A stretch of 35,425 bases of DNA from a virus (taxonomy: Duplodnaviria > Heunggongvirae > Uroviricota > Caudoviricetes): positions 64,001-99,425 of IMG/VR virus record IMGVR_UViG_3300001336_000003. One strand, given 5' to 3'. How positions within the stretch are numbered: position 1 is the stretch's first letter; each line of letters opens with the position of its first letter. Below, one piece after another: positions 8,734 through 17,433 of this stretch. Both the position numbers and the translations under genes were made by a program. The notes below the pieces were generated by a model. That model did not search any database. It was not told the DNA's origin and saw only the letters and a list, made by a program, of their open reading frames with translations.

Positions 8734-10293
8734 TTACATATTTGGTAGGAAGTCTTTCCAGTTTTCCAAACCAGAACGATACAAATCTTCTGCCGCCACA
8801 TAAGTTCTCATGCTTGGCTCTTTTAGTAATCCCTTGATATTTTGACCTCTAAGAAACTCGAATATTTCTTCCTTGATGTTCAAAGGCACATTTTTATTCC
8901 CTATGTCGGGTAGAATGCTCTTTAATCTTTGGAAAATCTGATCGTCTGTCATTGTCATATCAATCTTAGCTGATCTGTTTAGAACCGCAGAATCGAACTT
9001 GTCAACTGTCAAGTTAGAAATGAATATGATACGACCTTCAAAGTTAAATTCAGAAGGCAACTTTATTTTTGTGTCTTCTGGATTTTCATCCATCTTTGCA
9101 TCAATAGAATCGTTATATTCTTCTTTGGCGTCATCAGTCATTTTGGACACGTTAACCGTTCTAGGCGAAACCCAAGAAATCGTTCTTTCGTCATAGGAAT
9201 CCAGCGCCGCTTTAAGTAGGTTGGCTGCTTCTGCATCGCCCCAAACAGAATCGGTATCATCAAATACAAGCAAACCACCTTTTCTGTGCATGAATAGTGT
9301 TTGATATAGGGCAGAGGTTGTAATCTTACCTTTGATTATATACCAATCTTTATTCTTAACCAAACCTTCACCTTTTATGGTTTCGGTGACGACATATGTT
9401 TTGCCAATACCAGGCCCGCCATAAATGATAAGTGAATTTCTTGCGCCACGTGACACAATTTGAACAAGACCCTTCATCAAACCGAATTTGGTATCGGGAT
9501 TTTCCATTTCTTTCTTCACGTCTGGATTTTCTATTGCTTTTGCAACAGTCTTGAGCATTTCTTCTGCTTTTTTATCACCCTTGACACTCAAAAACTGTTT
9601 TGTTTCGGGGTCTTGTGAAGTGATCTTCAAGTAATAGATAGGCTCCACACTTTTAGCGGGCTTTGTCGTGTCGCCCGACACGTCGCCAGATAGAAGCTTT
9701 GACAAATCAAATTTCGTGTTAGTGCCTTTTGTACCAGAAACTTTTGTGCCTGTTCTTACGATTGTTGGGATCTGAAAATCATTTGCTAATGCAATATCAG
9801 ACAATACGTTCCAAGTCACAGAATTCAATTGTACACCCATAGGAAGATTTTTCGATACCAATTCAGCAAAATCTGCTGGTGATATTCTTTTTGCTTCTGT
9901 CAAGAACGCGCTTTCTGTCAACTCTGGATATAGCTCTACAGTTCCCGCAGATGGTGCTTTGAAAATGTCTATAAGCTTTTTACCAGCTTGCATAAGACCA
10001 AGGCCAATCAAATCAATTGTGAAGTCACCTTTTTTACCAAGCTTAAAGTCTTTCCAAAAAGTTATAGATTCGATAGCCCCGCCAATATAATTCAAGCGAA
10101 TGGCTTTCTTTCTGTCATAGAAATAAAGGATGCCTAGTCCACTTTTTATCTCGCTGTAACCTCTAGGGCCACCAAAACGAAAAAGCTTTGTGCTAAGATT
10201 TTTTTCAGCTATTCTTTTGAATATGTCAGCAACTTTATCAAGATTGCTTCTTGAAACTTTTGCTTCAGTTAAATACTGATTGAAGCCTATCAT
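8734..10293 (-). CDS. P-loop (AAA+-like) ATPase with N-terminal accessory domains
   Basis: Walker A IIYGGPGIGKT, Walker B LLVFDD, sensor-1-like IIFISN, Arg-finger-like AVLNRS. Confidence 0.8.
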   Translation of the reverse strand: MIGFNQYLTEAKVSRSNLDKVADIFKRIAEKNLSTKLFRFGGPRGYSEIKSGLGILYFYDRKKAIRLNYIGGAIESITFWKDFKLGKKGDFTIDLIGLGLMQAGKKLIDIFKAPSAGTVELYPELTESAFLTEAKRISPADFAELVSKNLPMGVQLNSVTWNVLSDIALANDFQIPTIVRTGTKVSGTKGTNTKFDLSKLLSGDVSGDTTKPAKSVEPIYYLKITSQDPETKQFLSVKGDKKAEEMLKTVAKAIENPDVKKEMENPDTKFGLMKGLVQIVSRGARNSLIIYGGPGIGKTYVVTETIKGEGLVKNKDWYIIKGKITTSALYQTLFMHRKGGLLVFDDTDSVWGDAEAANLLKAALDSYDERTISWVSPRTVNVSKMTDDAKEEYNDSIDAKMDENPEDTKIKLPSEFNFEGRIIFISNLTVDKFDSAVLNRSAKIDMTMTDDQIFQRLKSILPDIGNKNVPLNIKEEIFEFLRGQNIKGLLKEPSMRTYVAAEDLYRSGLENWKDFLPNM

Positions 10294-10295
10294 TT

Positions 10296-12785
10296 TTATA
10301 CCCTCACTATTGGATTTGGTGTTTTAAAATCTTTTTTACGCATTATAGTTTTTGCAACAACGCGAAGTTCGTCATTTCTTCTGTCATATTCTACTGCAAT
10401 TGGCATGTTCAAGTTAGACTGAAGGTCTTTAATAACAGCTTCCGTGTCAGTGAATTTGGATAGCGTTTTACCATCTGCTTTGTTTTTGTTGTATATTTTC
10501 TGAATCATCTGAGCAAGTTCGCGCAAGTTGATGCAAGGCTTATTTCTTTCGTCAGACATTCTTTCTCTGAAATGCTTAGTAAAGTCAAAATTGACACCAA
10601 ACTTTTCAAATAGCTTATCAACTAAAGTTTCGAATTGGCGCATTTGTCCCATAGTTATTATAGGGCATGTTTCGTCATTTTCGGATATCACATCAAATGT
10701 TTCGTATAGATACGACTCTTTTATGCCTACGTTTTTCACTTTTGGATATTTATTGATCAATTCGATTAGCTGTTTTGCTTTCATTGTGGCGCGAAGAACA
10801 GGCATTTTAATGCCAAGATTCATTGCCGCCAACCAACGATGGTGCCCATCAATGACATAATCATCAGCACTTATGATGATTGCCTTTGGCTGTTCTTTAG
10901 ATTTTGACATTAGTTCTATTTGCGTTTCAATCTTGTCTTTGCTAAATTCGCCTTGTGACGCCTTCAAGCTTTTTGGATCAACAGTTATTTTTTGTATGTT
11001 GACGTTGTTATCTTTCAGATATTTTCTGAAATCGTCCATGTCTTTAGATGACACTTGAGGCATATCTTCTCTTTTGATGCCCAATGTGTCTTTTTTCTTT
11101 GGAATATTAACCATGAATTCACGCAAAGATTTTGGTTGATTCTGGCCACCAAACGCTTTAGAAAATGACTCGTTAACCCCACCAATTTTAGAAACGTCTT
11201 GGTGTTTCACGATATGAAGTTTCCCATCATCTTCGCGTATTCTCATACGACCTGTTGCTTCGTCTGTTCCGACAAAAGTCCCTTCAATATCTTCTTGTGG
11301 GTCTGTAACGGTAATTCTTGTGAATTTAACTCTATCGCCACGTCTAACATCGGCGTTTAATGCGACTTCTTGAAGTGGCGTATCTTTCTTGTATATTTTT
11401 ACAAGACTATCCGTTCCCTGTTCGCGGTTGCTAGGATCTTCTTTACCTTCCGAAAACCCATATTTTTTCTTCAATGCGGAAACACGCGCATCTGATAGTT
11501 TGGGTTTTTCAGTTTTGCCGAAACGTTCTGCATATTTCTTCATCAGTTCTCTGGAAGACATGTTGACGCCTGCAGCACCACTAATTTCCCATGCGATATC
11601 GCCTATATCAACGCCTTTGGTAACATGCTTGTGCATCGCATTCAAAACTTTATCTATTAGCGTTTCTTCATCAAGTTGCCCAAAATCAATTTCTTCACCG
11701 AAAAGATGAAAAGATTCACTCTTACCACTATGTTTTGCCCATAGGTCAGCATCGGCAGTTGTTCTTGTTTTTCCGCCTGTAGCAAAGCTATTGACCCTTG
11801 CCATACCCCATTGTTCTGGTGTTGTCCTAGGTCTGTGTCCCGTTCTCCATGCCGCCATGCCACGGTCATAAACCTTCTTCAAAATACCATAAGAAATGCC
11901 TGTTTCTTCTGCTTTGTTTTTTAACGCCTTATCAGAATTTTCAAAAAGAGACTCGACACTTTCCATCAATGCGTATGAATCTTCGATGAAGTCTTCCGCG
12001 CTTTCGTTCAACTTTTTGTCTTTGAAACGCTTGAATCTTCTATCAATCTTCACCTTGTTTTCCTTGGTGAACATTTGATGGTAACGCTTTGTATAATTAG
12101 AAGGCTTTGTTTTGGCTTCGGCATCACCAGGTGCTGGTTTATATGCACTTGCGTCATCATCATCTTTTGCTGCACCTTTCTTAAAATGTGCATCGCGCTT
12201 TTCTTTGGTCGATTTGGTAAGACCTGAAAAATACTTTTTTGGCTGTGAGCCTTCTCTATCAGAAATATCAGAATCTTGTGGTGCGCTTCTTTCGAAGAAC
12301 ATTTCAAAGCGTTCATTTATACTTTCGGTCTTAGGTTTTCCTGCGCTCGAAAGCCTTTTCAATTCTGCTTGTCTGATTTGTGGAAGTTGCCTTGTTGCAA
12401 TTCTATCTATAGCTACAGGTGATATTTTTGCAACTCTTTTATCAAGAGCAATTTTTTCGGCTGGCGTCATTTCCGAATAGGACTTGTTTTTCATCAATCT
12501 TTGACGAATGATGTTTCTAGCTTTTTTCCTAGCTCGCATCTTCAACTTTTCTGGTGACGCTTTTCTTTTCTTTGCGCGCTTTCTTGCTGCCGCTATCTTA
12601 GTTTTGAAACGGCGCATGACCATTCCACGTTTGCGTCTTTGTGCAATCGTTAAAGGTTGTCTCACTTCATCCAGTTCTTCAATGTCGTCTGATTCTTCAT
12701 TCATATTCGGTTCCAATTCTATATACTTTGAACTGTCGTGAACTTTTGTTTTGCCACGCTTGGTTTTTTTAGTCTTTTCTTCCAT
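10296..12785 (-). CDS. Large multidomain late protein: gp68-like basic region, DUF5824-like modules, ParB-like domain, C-terminal HFRER module
   Basis: LTIAQRRKRGMVMRRFKTKIAAARKRA; LKKVYDRGMAAWRTGHRP...WGMARVNSF; LKASQGEFS...YVIDGHHRW; FDFTKHFRERMSDERN. Confidence 0.65.
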   Translation of the reverse strand: MEEKTKKTKRGKTKVHDSSKYIELEPNMNEESDDIEELDEVRQPLTIAQRRKRGMVMRRFKTKIAAARKRAKKRKASPEKLKMRARKKARNIIRQRLMKNKSYSEMTPAEKIALDKRVAKISPVAIDRIATRQLPQIRQAELKRLSSAGKPKTESINERFEMFFERSAPQDSDISDREGSQPKKYFSGLTKSTKEKRDAHFKKGAAKDDDDASAYKPAPGDAEAKTKPSNYTKRYHQMFTKENKVKIDRRFKRFKDKKLNESAEDFIEDSYALMESVESLFENSDKALKNKAEETGISYGILKKVYDRGMAAWRTGHRPRTTPEQWGMARVNSFATGGKTRTTADADLWAKHSGKSESFHLFGEEIDFGQLDEETLIDKVLNAMHKHVTKGVDIGDIAWEISGAAGVNMSSRELMKKYAERFGKTEKPKLSDARVSALKKKYGFSEGKEDPSNREQGTDSLVKIYKKDTPLQEVALNADVRRGDRVKFTRITVTDPQEDIEGTFVGTDEATGRMRIREDDGKLHIVKHQDVSKIGGVNESFSKAFGGQNQPKSLREFMVNIPKKKDTLGIKREDMPQVSSKDMDDFRKYLKDNNVNIQKITVDPKSLKASQGEFSKDKIETQIELMSKSKEQPKAIIISADDYVIDGHHRWLAAMNLGIKMPVLRATMKAKQLIELINKYPKVKNVGIKESYLYETFDVISENDETCPIITMGQMRQFETLVDKLFEKFGVNFDFTKHFRERMSDERNKPCINLRELAQMIQKIYNKNKADGKTLSKFTDTEAVIKDLQSNLNMPIAVEYDRRNDELRVVAKTIMRKKDFKTPNPIVRV

Positions 12786-12817
12786 TACATCGAATCCTAT
12801 TGAGTATGTTTTGCTAT

Positions 12818-12825
12818 TATTTATG
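12818..12825 (-). promoter_or_regulatory. T4-type late promoter variant CATAAATA
   Basis: 7/8 match in the intergenic gap, 33 nt upstream of the ATG at 12785. Confidence 0.6.
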
Positions 12826-12836
12826 TTTTTTTCGCA

Positions 12837-13391
12837 TTAGCTTCTTAGAATAAAATTGTCCTTAGAAAAGAAGTTATAGAAACAATATTTCTTTTCAGTT
12901 GGGAAATCGTGCGGACATTGTTTTTCTTTTTTTCTTTCGGGATCTGTGAATGTCGGTGTTTCTTTCCAATCGAACCCATATACGGTCACGCTTTCAGGAT
13001 CGCATTTGCTTATATAATCTAAAGCCATCAAACCAGTTGTTGGGTTGTTGTGTTTTCCAGCTAGTTTTTTGAGTGGCGCGTAGTATTCGTCTGGATATAC
13101 AAAATCTACTAAAGCCTTATTGATTGCATTTCTACCTTGGTGCCCCATGTGCATAAGCTTTGCATTTGTTTTTCTGAAATGATTTTTATACTCAACGGTG
13201 TTCCAGAACATCCAAATGTCTGTTCTTTTGCCATGCGATTTCGCTGCATTTGTTTCTGTAAACAACATAGCCGCTTTATTCAGTCTAACAACAACGTCAT
13301 GGGAATCTATTTCTTCACCGTATTCTCTTTCAAATAAGTAAGTCGCGTTTCCTACTACCGCGACTGTTTTACCTTCAAACCAATGTTTCAT
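12837..13391 (-). CDS. GT29 (sialyltransferase-like) glycosyltransferase
   Basis: Sialylmotif L (VAVVGN..YLF....GEEIDSHDVVVRLN), S-like (PTTGLMALDYISKCDPESVTVYGFD) and VS-like (HDFPTE). Confidence 0.8.
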   Translation of the reverse strand: MKHWFEGKTVAVVGNATYLFEREYGEEIDSHDVVVRLNKAAMLFTETNAAKSHGKRTDIWMFWNTVEYKNHFRKTNAKLMHMGHQGRNAINKALVDFVYPDEYYAPLKKLAGKHNNPTTGLMALDYISKCDPESVTVYGFDWKETPTFTDPERKKEKQCPHDFPTEKKYCFYNFFSKDNFILRS

Positions 13392-13395
13392 ATCG

Positions 13396-14172
13396 TTAAT
13401 CTCTTAATGTAAAATTATTCTTATTGAGCAATGCTTTTCTTGCATACGCTTCTTCTAACGCAAAATTGTGCATACATCTTACGTCAAAACGGCACTTAAT
13501 ATCCTTATCAAATAAATTCAATTCTGAAAAGGTTGGTGTCTTTTTGAAGTCCATGCCATATATATCAACACTAGATGGTTCGCATTGTGACAACCATTCA
13601 AGAACAGTAATGCCTATACTTGGTCTTATGACTCTTCTTTCTTTTGTTTCTTTGATAATTTTGAAACCTCTTCTTGTATAGCGGGTTTCGTATGCTTCAA
13701 ATAAGCTTTGATTTCTCAAAAAAAGGTGTTGACTTCTTTTTTCATTGCTTTCTTGATATTTAGAAGCAGATGCCACTTTAACATTCAACGCTTCAAATTT
13801 GCTATTGTTGTATGTGAAATCGCAATGATCTAATGACGTTTTTCTATGGCCATTTATGACAGCTTGTATTTTGTAAATCCCATCATCATTGAAGAATGCT
13901 TCGCGCATTTTTTCATATTCTGGTTCATTAAGCGTTCTTTTAACAAATGCACCTATAGCCCAAAAAGCCCACACGTCCATTTTTTTGCCATGAGTCAAAG
14001 TGACGTTATTTTCGCAATATAACGGCGCGGGTTTATTAAATCTGATAACTATGTCATGACTGTCTATTTCCATACCATAGAGTTTGTCAAAAAGTGACAG
14101 TGAATTCCCGACCACCGCCACTGACTTGTTTTGAACTAATTTTTCAAAACTTACTTCTTTATGTGATACCAT
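13396..14172 (-). CDS. GT29 (sialyltransferase-like) glycosyltransferase, paralog of the adjacent gene
   Basis: VAVVGNSLSLF...GMEIDSHDIVIRFNKPAP; PSIGITVLEWLSQCEPSSVDIYGMD; HNFALE. Confidence 0.78.
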   Translation of the reverse strand: MVSHKEVSFEKLVQNKSVAVVGNSLSLFDKLYGMEIDSHDIVIRFNKPAPLYCENNVTLTHGKKMDVWAFWAIGAFVKRTLNEPEYEKMREAFFNDDGIYKIQAVINGHRKTSLDHCDFTYNNSKFEALNVKVASASKYQESNEKRSQHLFLRNQSLFEAYETRYTRRGFKIIKETKERRVIRPSIGITVLEWLSQCEPSSVDIYGMDFKKTPTFSELNLFDKDIKCRFDVRCMHNFALEEAYARKALLNKNNFTLRD

Positions 14173-14681
14173 ACCTTGTCTTCTTCCTGCGCGTAATCGT
14201 CACCAAAATTTTCTTTGATAGCCTTATCTACACCTTCCCAAAAAATGTCATGACCCATAATATATCCGCCAACTTTCACTTTCGGCCCCCATTTTTTAAT
14301 ATCTTCATTGCACCCTTCATACGAATGGTCTGCATCTATGAAAACAAAATCCAAGCTTTCGTCTTCTACCAAATCTGCGGCCTCGCTAGTTTTCATACGA
14401 AGTAGGGTTCCTCTTCCATCCACCTTCTTACAAAAATCTGTTATATCTTGGTAATAAGTTTCGTGATCCCATTCGTGTCCATTTTCACCGGGTGTCCATT
14501 TTTCGGGACCGTCATTATCATGTTGTGGTGCATAAAGATCAACGCCTATCAATTTTAGTTCAGGGACGTTTGTAAGAACATATTTGAATGTCCTTCCCCT
14601 CCAAACACCAAGTTCTGCACCCAATGTCCATCCATTTTCTTTAGCAAATTTTGTTATTACTTTTTTGCGCTCTTCAGCCAT
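14151..14681 (-). CDS. Class I SAM-dependent methyltransferase (Methyltransf_24-like)
   Basis: GAELGVWRG, LIGVDLY, LDFVFIDADHSYE, GGYIMGHD. Start moved to the ATG at 14681 (SD GGAG). Confidence 0.85.
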   Translation of the reverse strand: MAEERKKVITKFAKENGWTLGAELGVWRGRTFKYVLTNVPELKLIGVDLYAPQHDNDGPEKWTPGENGHEWDHETYYQDITDFCKKVDGRGTLLRMKTSEAADLVEDESLDFVFIDADHSYEGCNEDIKKWGPKVKVGGYIMGHDIFWEGVDKAIKENFGDDYAQEEDKVWYHIKK

Positions 14682-14682
14682 A

Positions 14683-15363
14683 TTATCTCCAATGCTTTTT
14701 GCACCACATGTTGTCGATTTGATGTGGATTTGGCTCCCCATGAAAAGCCGCTATTGATGTTTCTTTTTCGTGTAGCGGTTCTATATTTATCTGAAACCTA
14801 TTGCCTACTTTTTTAATATGTTTTTTGTCTACCATATCCAGCTTATAGCTCATTATCCAATTATTCGGCCAAAAAGAATAATCTTTTACTGTTTCTTGCA
14901 TCCAATCTTGATCGCCATCTAATCTTTTCATTATGCTTTCTGAGTTGTTAATGAATTCGTCATATTCGCGATTCATTGTATTGGTATCAAACCTAAAACA
15001 ACTACTGTTCATCCCGTCTTTGTTATTTTTACTAAATCCCCGCGATATGCAGAATTTGCTTGGTTCATATTCAAAAAACTTGTCGATATTGTTGAATATG
15101 ATAACATCCAAATCAATAAAAAGAACAGTCCCATCAAGACCCAAGTTGGGCGAAAAGAATGTTGGTTTATACCACCATCCACTCAAACCTTTAGTTTCTA
15201 GACCTATGACTTTGATGTGCGGGTTTAGCCCTTGTGCATTTTCAGTCATACAAATGAATTCGTGTTCCAAAGTTGTATGCCTTTGGGTCATACTGTAAAG
15301 TGTATTCACATAATCGGCAGAGTATTTGTCGCCATATTTTAAACAAGCTATGTAACGATTCAT
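14683..15363 (-). CDS. GT-A fold glycosyltransferase (DxD)
   Basis: CLKYGDKYSADYVNTL, GWWYK, VLFIDLDVII, GDQDW, FHGEPNPH: a common phage GT8-like family. Start probably at 15363. Confidence 0.75.
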   Translation of the reverse strand: MNRYIACLKYGDKYSADYVNTLYSMTQRHTTLEHEFICMTENAQGLNPHIKVIGLETKGLSGWWYKPTFFSPNLGLDGTVLFIDLDVIIFNNIDKFFEYEPSKFCISRGFSKNNKDGMNSSCFRFDTNTMNREYDEFINNSESIMKRLDGDQDWMQETVKDYSFWPNNWIMSYKLDMVDKKHIKKVGNRFQINIEPLHEKETSIAAFHGEPNPHQIDNMWCKKHWR

Positions 15364-16130
15364 TTTACCTTGCAAACCACTTCATGCTTTGCAAGCCCAT
15401 CTGCAAATTTTAAGTTCATTTCTCTAAATTGCTGCAAAGGATTTTGCTTGACCTCAATGAAGTTGCTTTTGTGCATTTCAATCATTCGCGAAACTGCCGT
15501 TCTGTTTCTTACATCGTATAAGTTTTCTTTGGGGAATTGAATGCCGAACAAACTAGTGACGCTAGTGAACTTGGAAGAATACCCAAACGGAATTACCTTC
15601 CTTCCACTTAACAACGACCAATAAATTCCATGATAAGAATTAGTGATAATTTTGTCACACATTTCCCATTTTCGAAGAAAGCTATCTTTTGATTCATCAT
15701 TCTTGGCCAATATGTATTTGTCTGCTAATTTTTCGTTTATGCTAGAACTGACCACTTGATTGGCGTTTGTGAAAATCAGTATCTTATCACCTTTCGGTTC
15801 AGATATAATTTCTTCGTTTAGACAACTTACGCATGGAAGAAACTTTTTCTTGTCTTCCAACAAATCCATATCGCGGCTTGTCCATTCAAGGAATGTGTTT
15901 TGTGTTTTTACTGGTATTTTTTTGCCCAAGTCTTTATCAGACTTTCCAGCCGCCCACACGATCATTTTATTGGCATTTGGCTTTCTAGCATGGTCTGGAA
16001 TATTCCATACGCCACCACCAATTATCGTGCGTTCTTTTTCTGATGATATGTCAAAATACACATCTGGTGTGCATAAAGCATCACCTATGTTGTATAACTT
16101 GGTGAGATCTTTCTTGATATAGTTTATCAT
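15360..16130 (-). CDS. Polysaccharide pyruvyl transferase-like protein
   Basis: NIGD at the N-terminus, IIGGGV, IVWAAG and IITNSYHGIYWS motifs. Confidence 0.55.
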   Translation of the reverse strand: MINYIKKDLTKLYNIGDALCTPDVYFDISSEKERTIIGGGVWNIPDHARKPNANKMIVWAAGKSDKDLGKKIPVKTQNTFLEWTSRDMDLLEDKKKFLPCVSCLNEEIISEPKGDKILIFTNANQVVSSSINEKLADKYILAKNDESKDSFLRKWEMCDKIITNSYHGIYWSLLSGRKVIPFGYSSKFTSVTSLFGIQFPKENLYDVRNRTAVSRMIEMHKSNFIEVKQNPLQQFREMNLKFADGLAKHEVVCKVK

Positions 16131-16170
16131 TACTACCACTTATATTGGGAATTCTGTTTAAGTATCCCTT

Positions 16171-16178
16171 TATTTATA
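16171..16178 (-). promoter_or_regulatory. T4-type late promoter TATAAATA driving the glycosylation cluster
   Basis: Exact consensus immediately after a terminator, about 40 nt upstream of the ATG at 16130. Confidence 0.8.
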
Positions 16179-16206
16179 AAAAAAGGGGGCTTCGGCCCCC
16201 TTTTTT
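16178..16206. terminator. Rho-independent terminator (symmetrical, potentially bidirectional)
   Basis: A7-GGGGGC-TTCG-GCCCCC-T6. Confidence 0.9.
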
Positions 16207-16221
16207 AGCTTTTACTTAATT

Positions 16222-17373
16222 TCAGTTCATCTTGGCCCGCGTAAGGACAGTCTGCTTAACACCGTTGTAAACTTTGTGTTCTTTAACCGAGGCGTCAATC
16301 TTGATATTGCTACCTTCATCAACTTCCATTTTGTTTCCAGTGATCCAGCTAAAGACGTTACCAGTTTCATCTTTCATCAAGTGAAGGTAGGTAGAACCGA
16401 AAGCACCATATCCAAGGAAGATGATTTTTTCCAGAACAAGCTCAAGACCCTTAATCCGTTCCTTGATCTGTCCAACAAAGTCGCTTTGTGCAGCATTGTC
16501 TTTATTGGCTTTTTCTTTGGCAAATTCACGCTGGACTACTGAAACCGCACTGACAACAAAGGCAACGTGATCATTTTTCACAATATCTTGCTTCATTATC
16601 ACCCGAACATTGTCCATATATTCGTTACCGAAAAACGATTTGGCGCGGAAAAATTCAGCAGTCTTATCTGCCCAAATAGCATCTTCATCTTCGATAACAA
16701 CCGAAACTTTGGGGTCATCCATCATTTGAAGTTTTGTCGCATCCGCAGTCGAAAGAACACCTTGTTCAAGCGAGACTGCTTTAGACCGAAACCCATTTTT
16801 CCGAATTTGGGCTGCTGCAACGGTCAAGATGCTCTTCAAAGTGAAGTATCTGTGCGAACCGAACGAAAACTCTTCTTCGTCATCAAAGGTTTTTTTCATA
16901 TCTTCAAAGAATTGTGCCCGCGCAACAATCATTTTAGGGTCATCAATTCCCATGAAATCACGGAGGCATGACCGCCCTACTGCGATCTGCTTTTCTTCAT
17001 TAGCGAAAACGTAAACATCATTCCGCCGCCGCAAAGTTTTGCAGTGTTCACACTCGTTACCGTGCGACCGAAACCGTGCATCAATTTCGTGTTCTTTGCT
17101 AGGAACAACATGGATAAGATTTTCATCGCCCATAAGTTCAATACGGGCAAGAAGCTCCCAACCAGCAATTTTTGGTGCGTCACCAGAAACAGTGAAAGAT
17201 ACATATTCAACGTCAATTTTTTCGCCGTCGCTGTTTTTCACAGTGTTCATGTAAGGAACACCGACAGAATATGAAATGTCGGTGTTACCGTATTTGTTAG
17301 CTTTTTTAACAAGCTTGTTCAACCGTTCTTTCAGGCTTTCAGCGCGAAAAGAAGGGACTTCGAAAGTGGGCAT
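16222..17373 (-). CDS. Hypothetical protein with Cys motifs and a C-terminal OB-fold-like domain
   Basis: CEHCKTLRRR...VGRSCL; C-terminal YLHLMKDETGNVFSW...IDASVKEHKVYNGVKQTVLTR. Confidence 0.6.
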   Translation of the reverse strand: MPTFEVPSFRAESLKERLNKLVKKANKYGNTDISYSVGVPYMNTVKNSDGEKIDVEYVSFTVSGDAPKIAGWELLARIELMGDENLIHVVPSKEHEIDARFRSHGNECEHCKTLRRRNDVYVFANEEKQIAVGRSCLRDFMGIDDPKMIVARAQFFEDMKKTFDDEEEFSFGSHRYFTLKSILTVAAAQIRKNGFRSKAVSLEQGVLSTADATKLQMMDDPKVSVVIEDEDAIWADKTAEFFRAKSFFGNEYMDNVRVIMKQDIVKNDHVAFVVSAVSVVQREFAKEKANKDNAAQSDFVGQIKERIKGLELVLEKIIFLGYGAFGSTYLHLMKDETGNVFSWITGNKMEVDEGSNIKIDASVKEHKVYNGVKQTVLTRAKMN

Positions 17374-17404
17374 GTCTATCTACCTCTGTATCAGCTACAA
17401 GATT

Positions 17405-17433
17405 AAGATAGACAATGCTCGTTCAGTTGTCAA
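17405..17433 (-). promoter_or_regulatory. sigma70-type early promoter
   Basis: TTGACA (17433-17428), 17-nt spacer, TATCTT (17410-17405); 32 nt upstream of the ATG at 17373. Confidence 0.75.
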
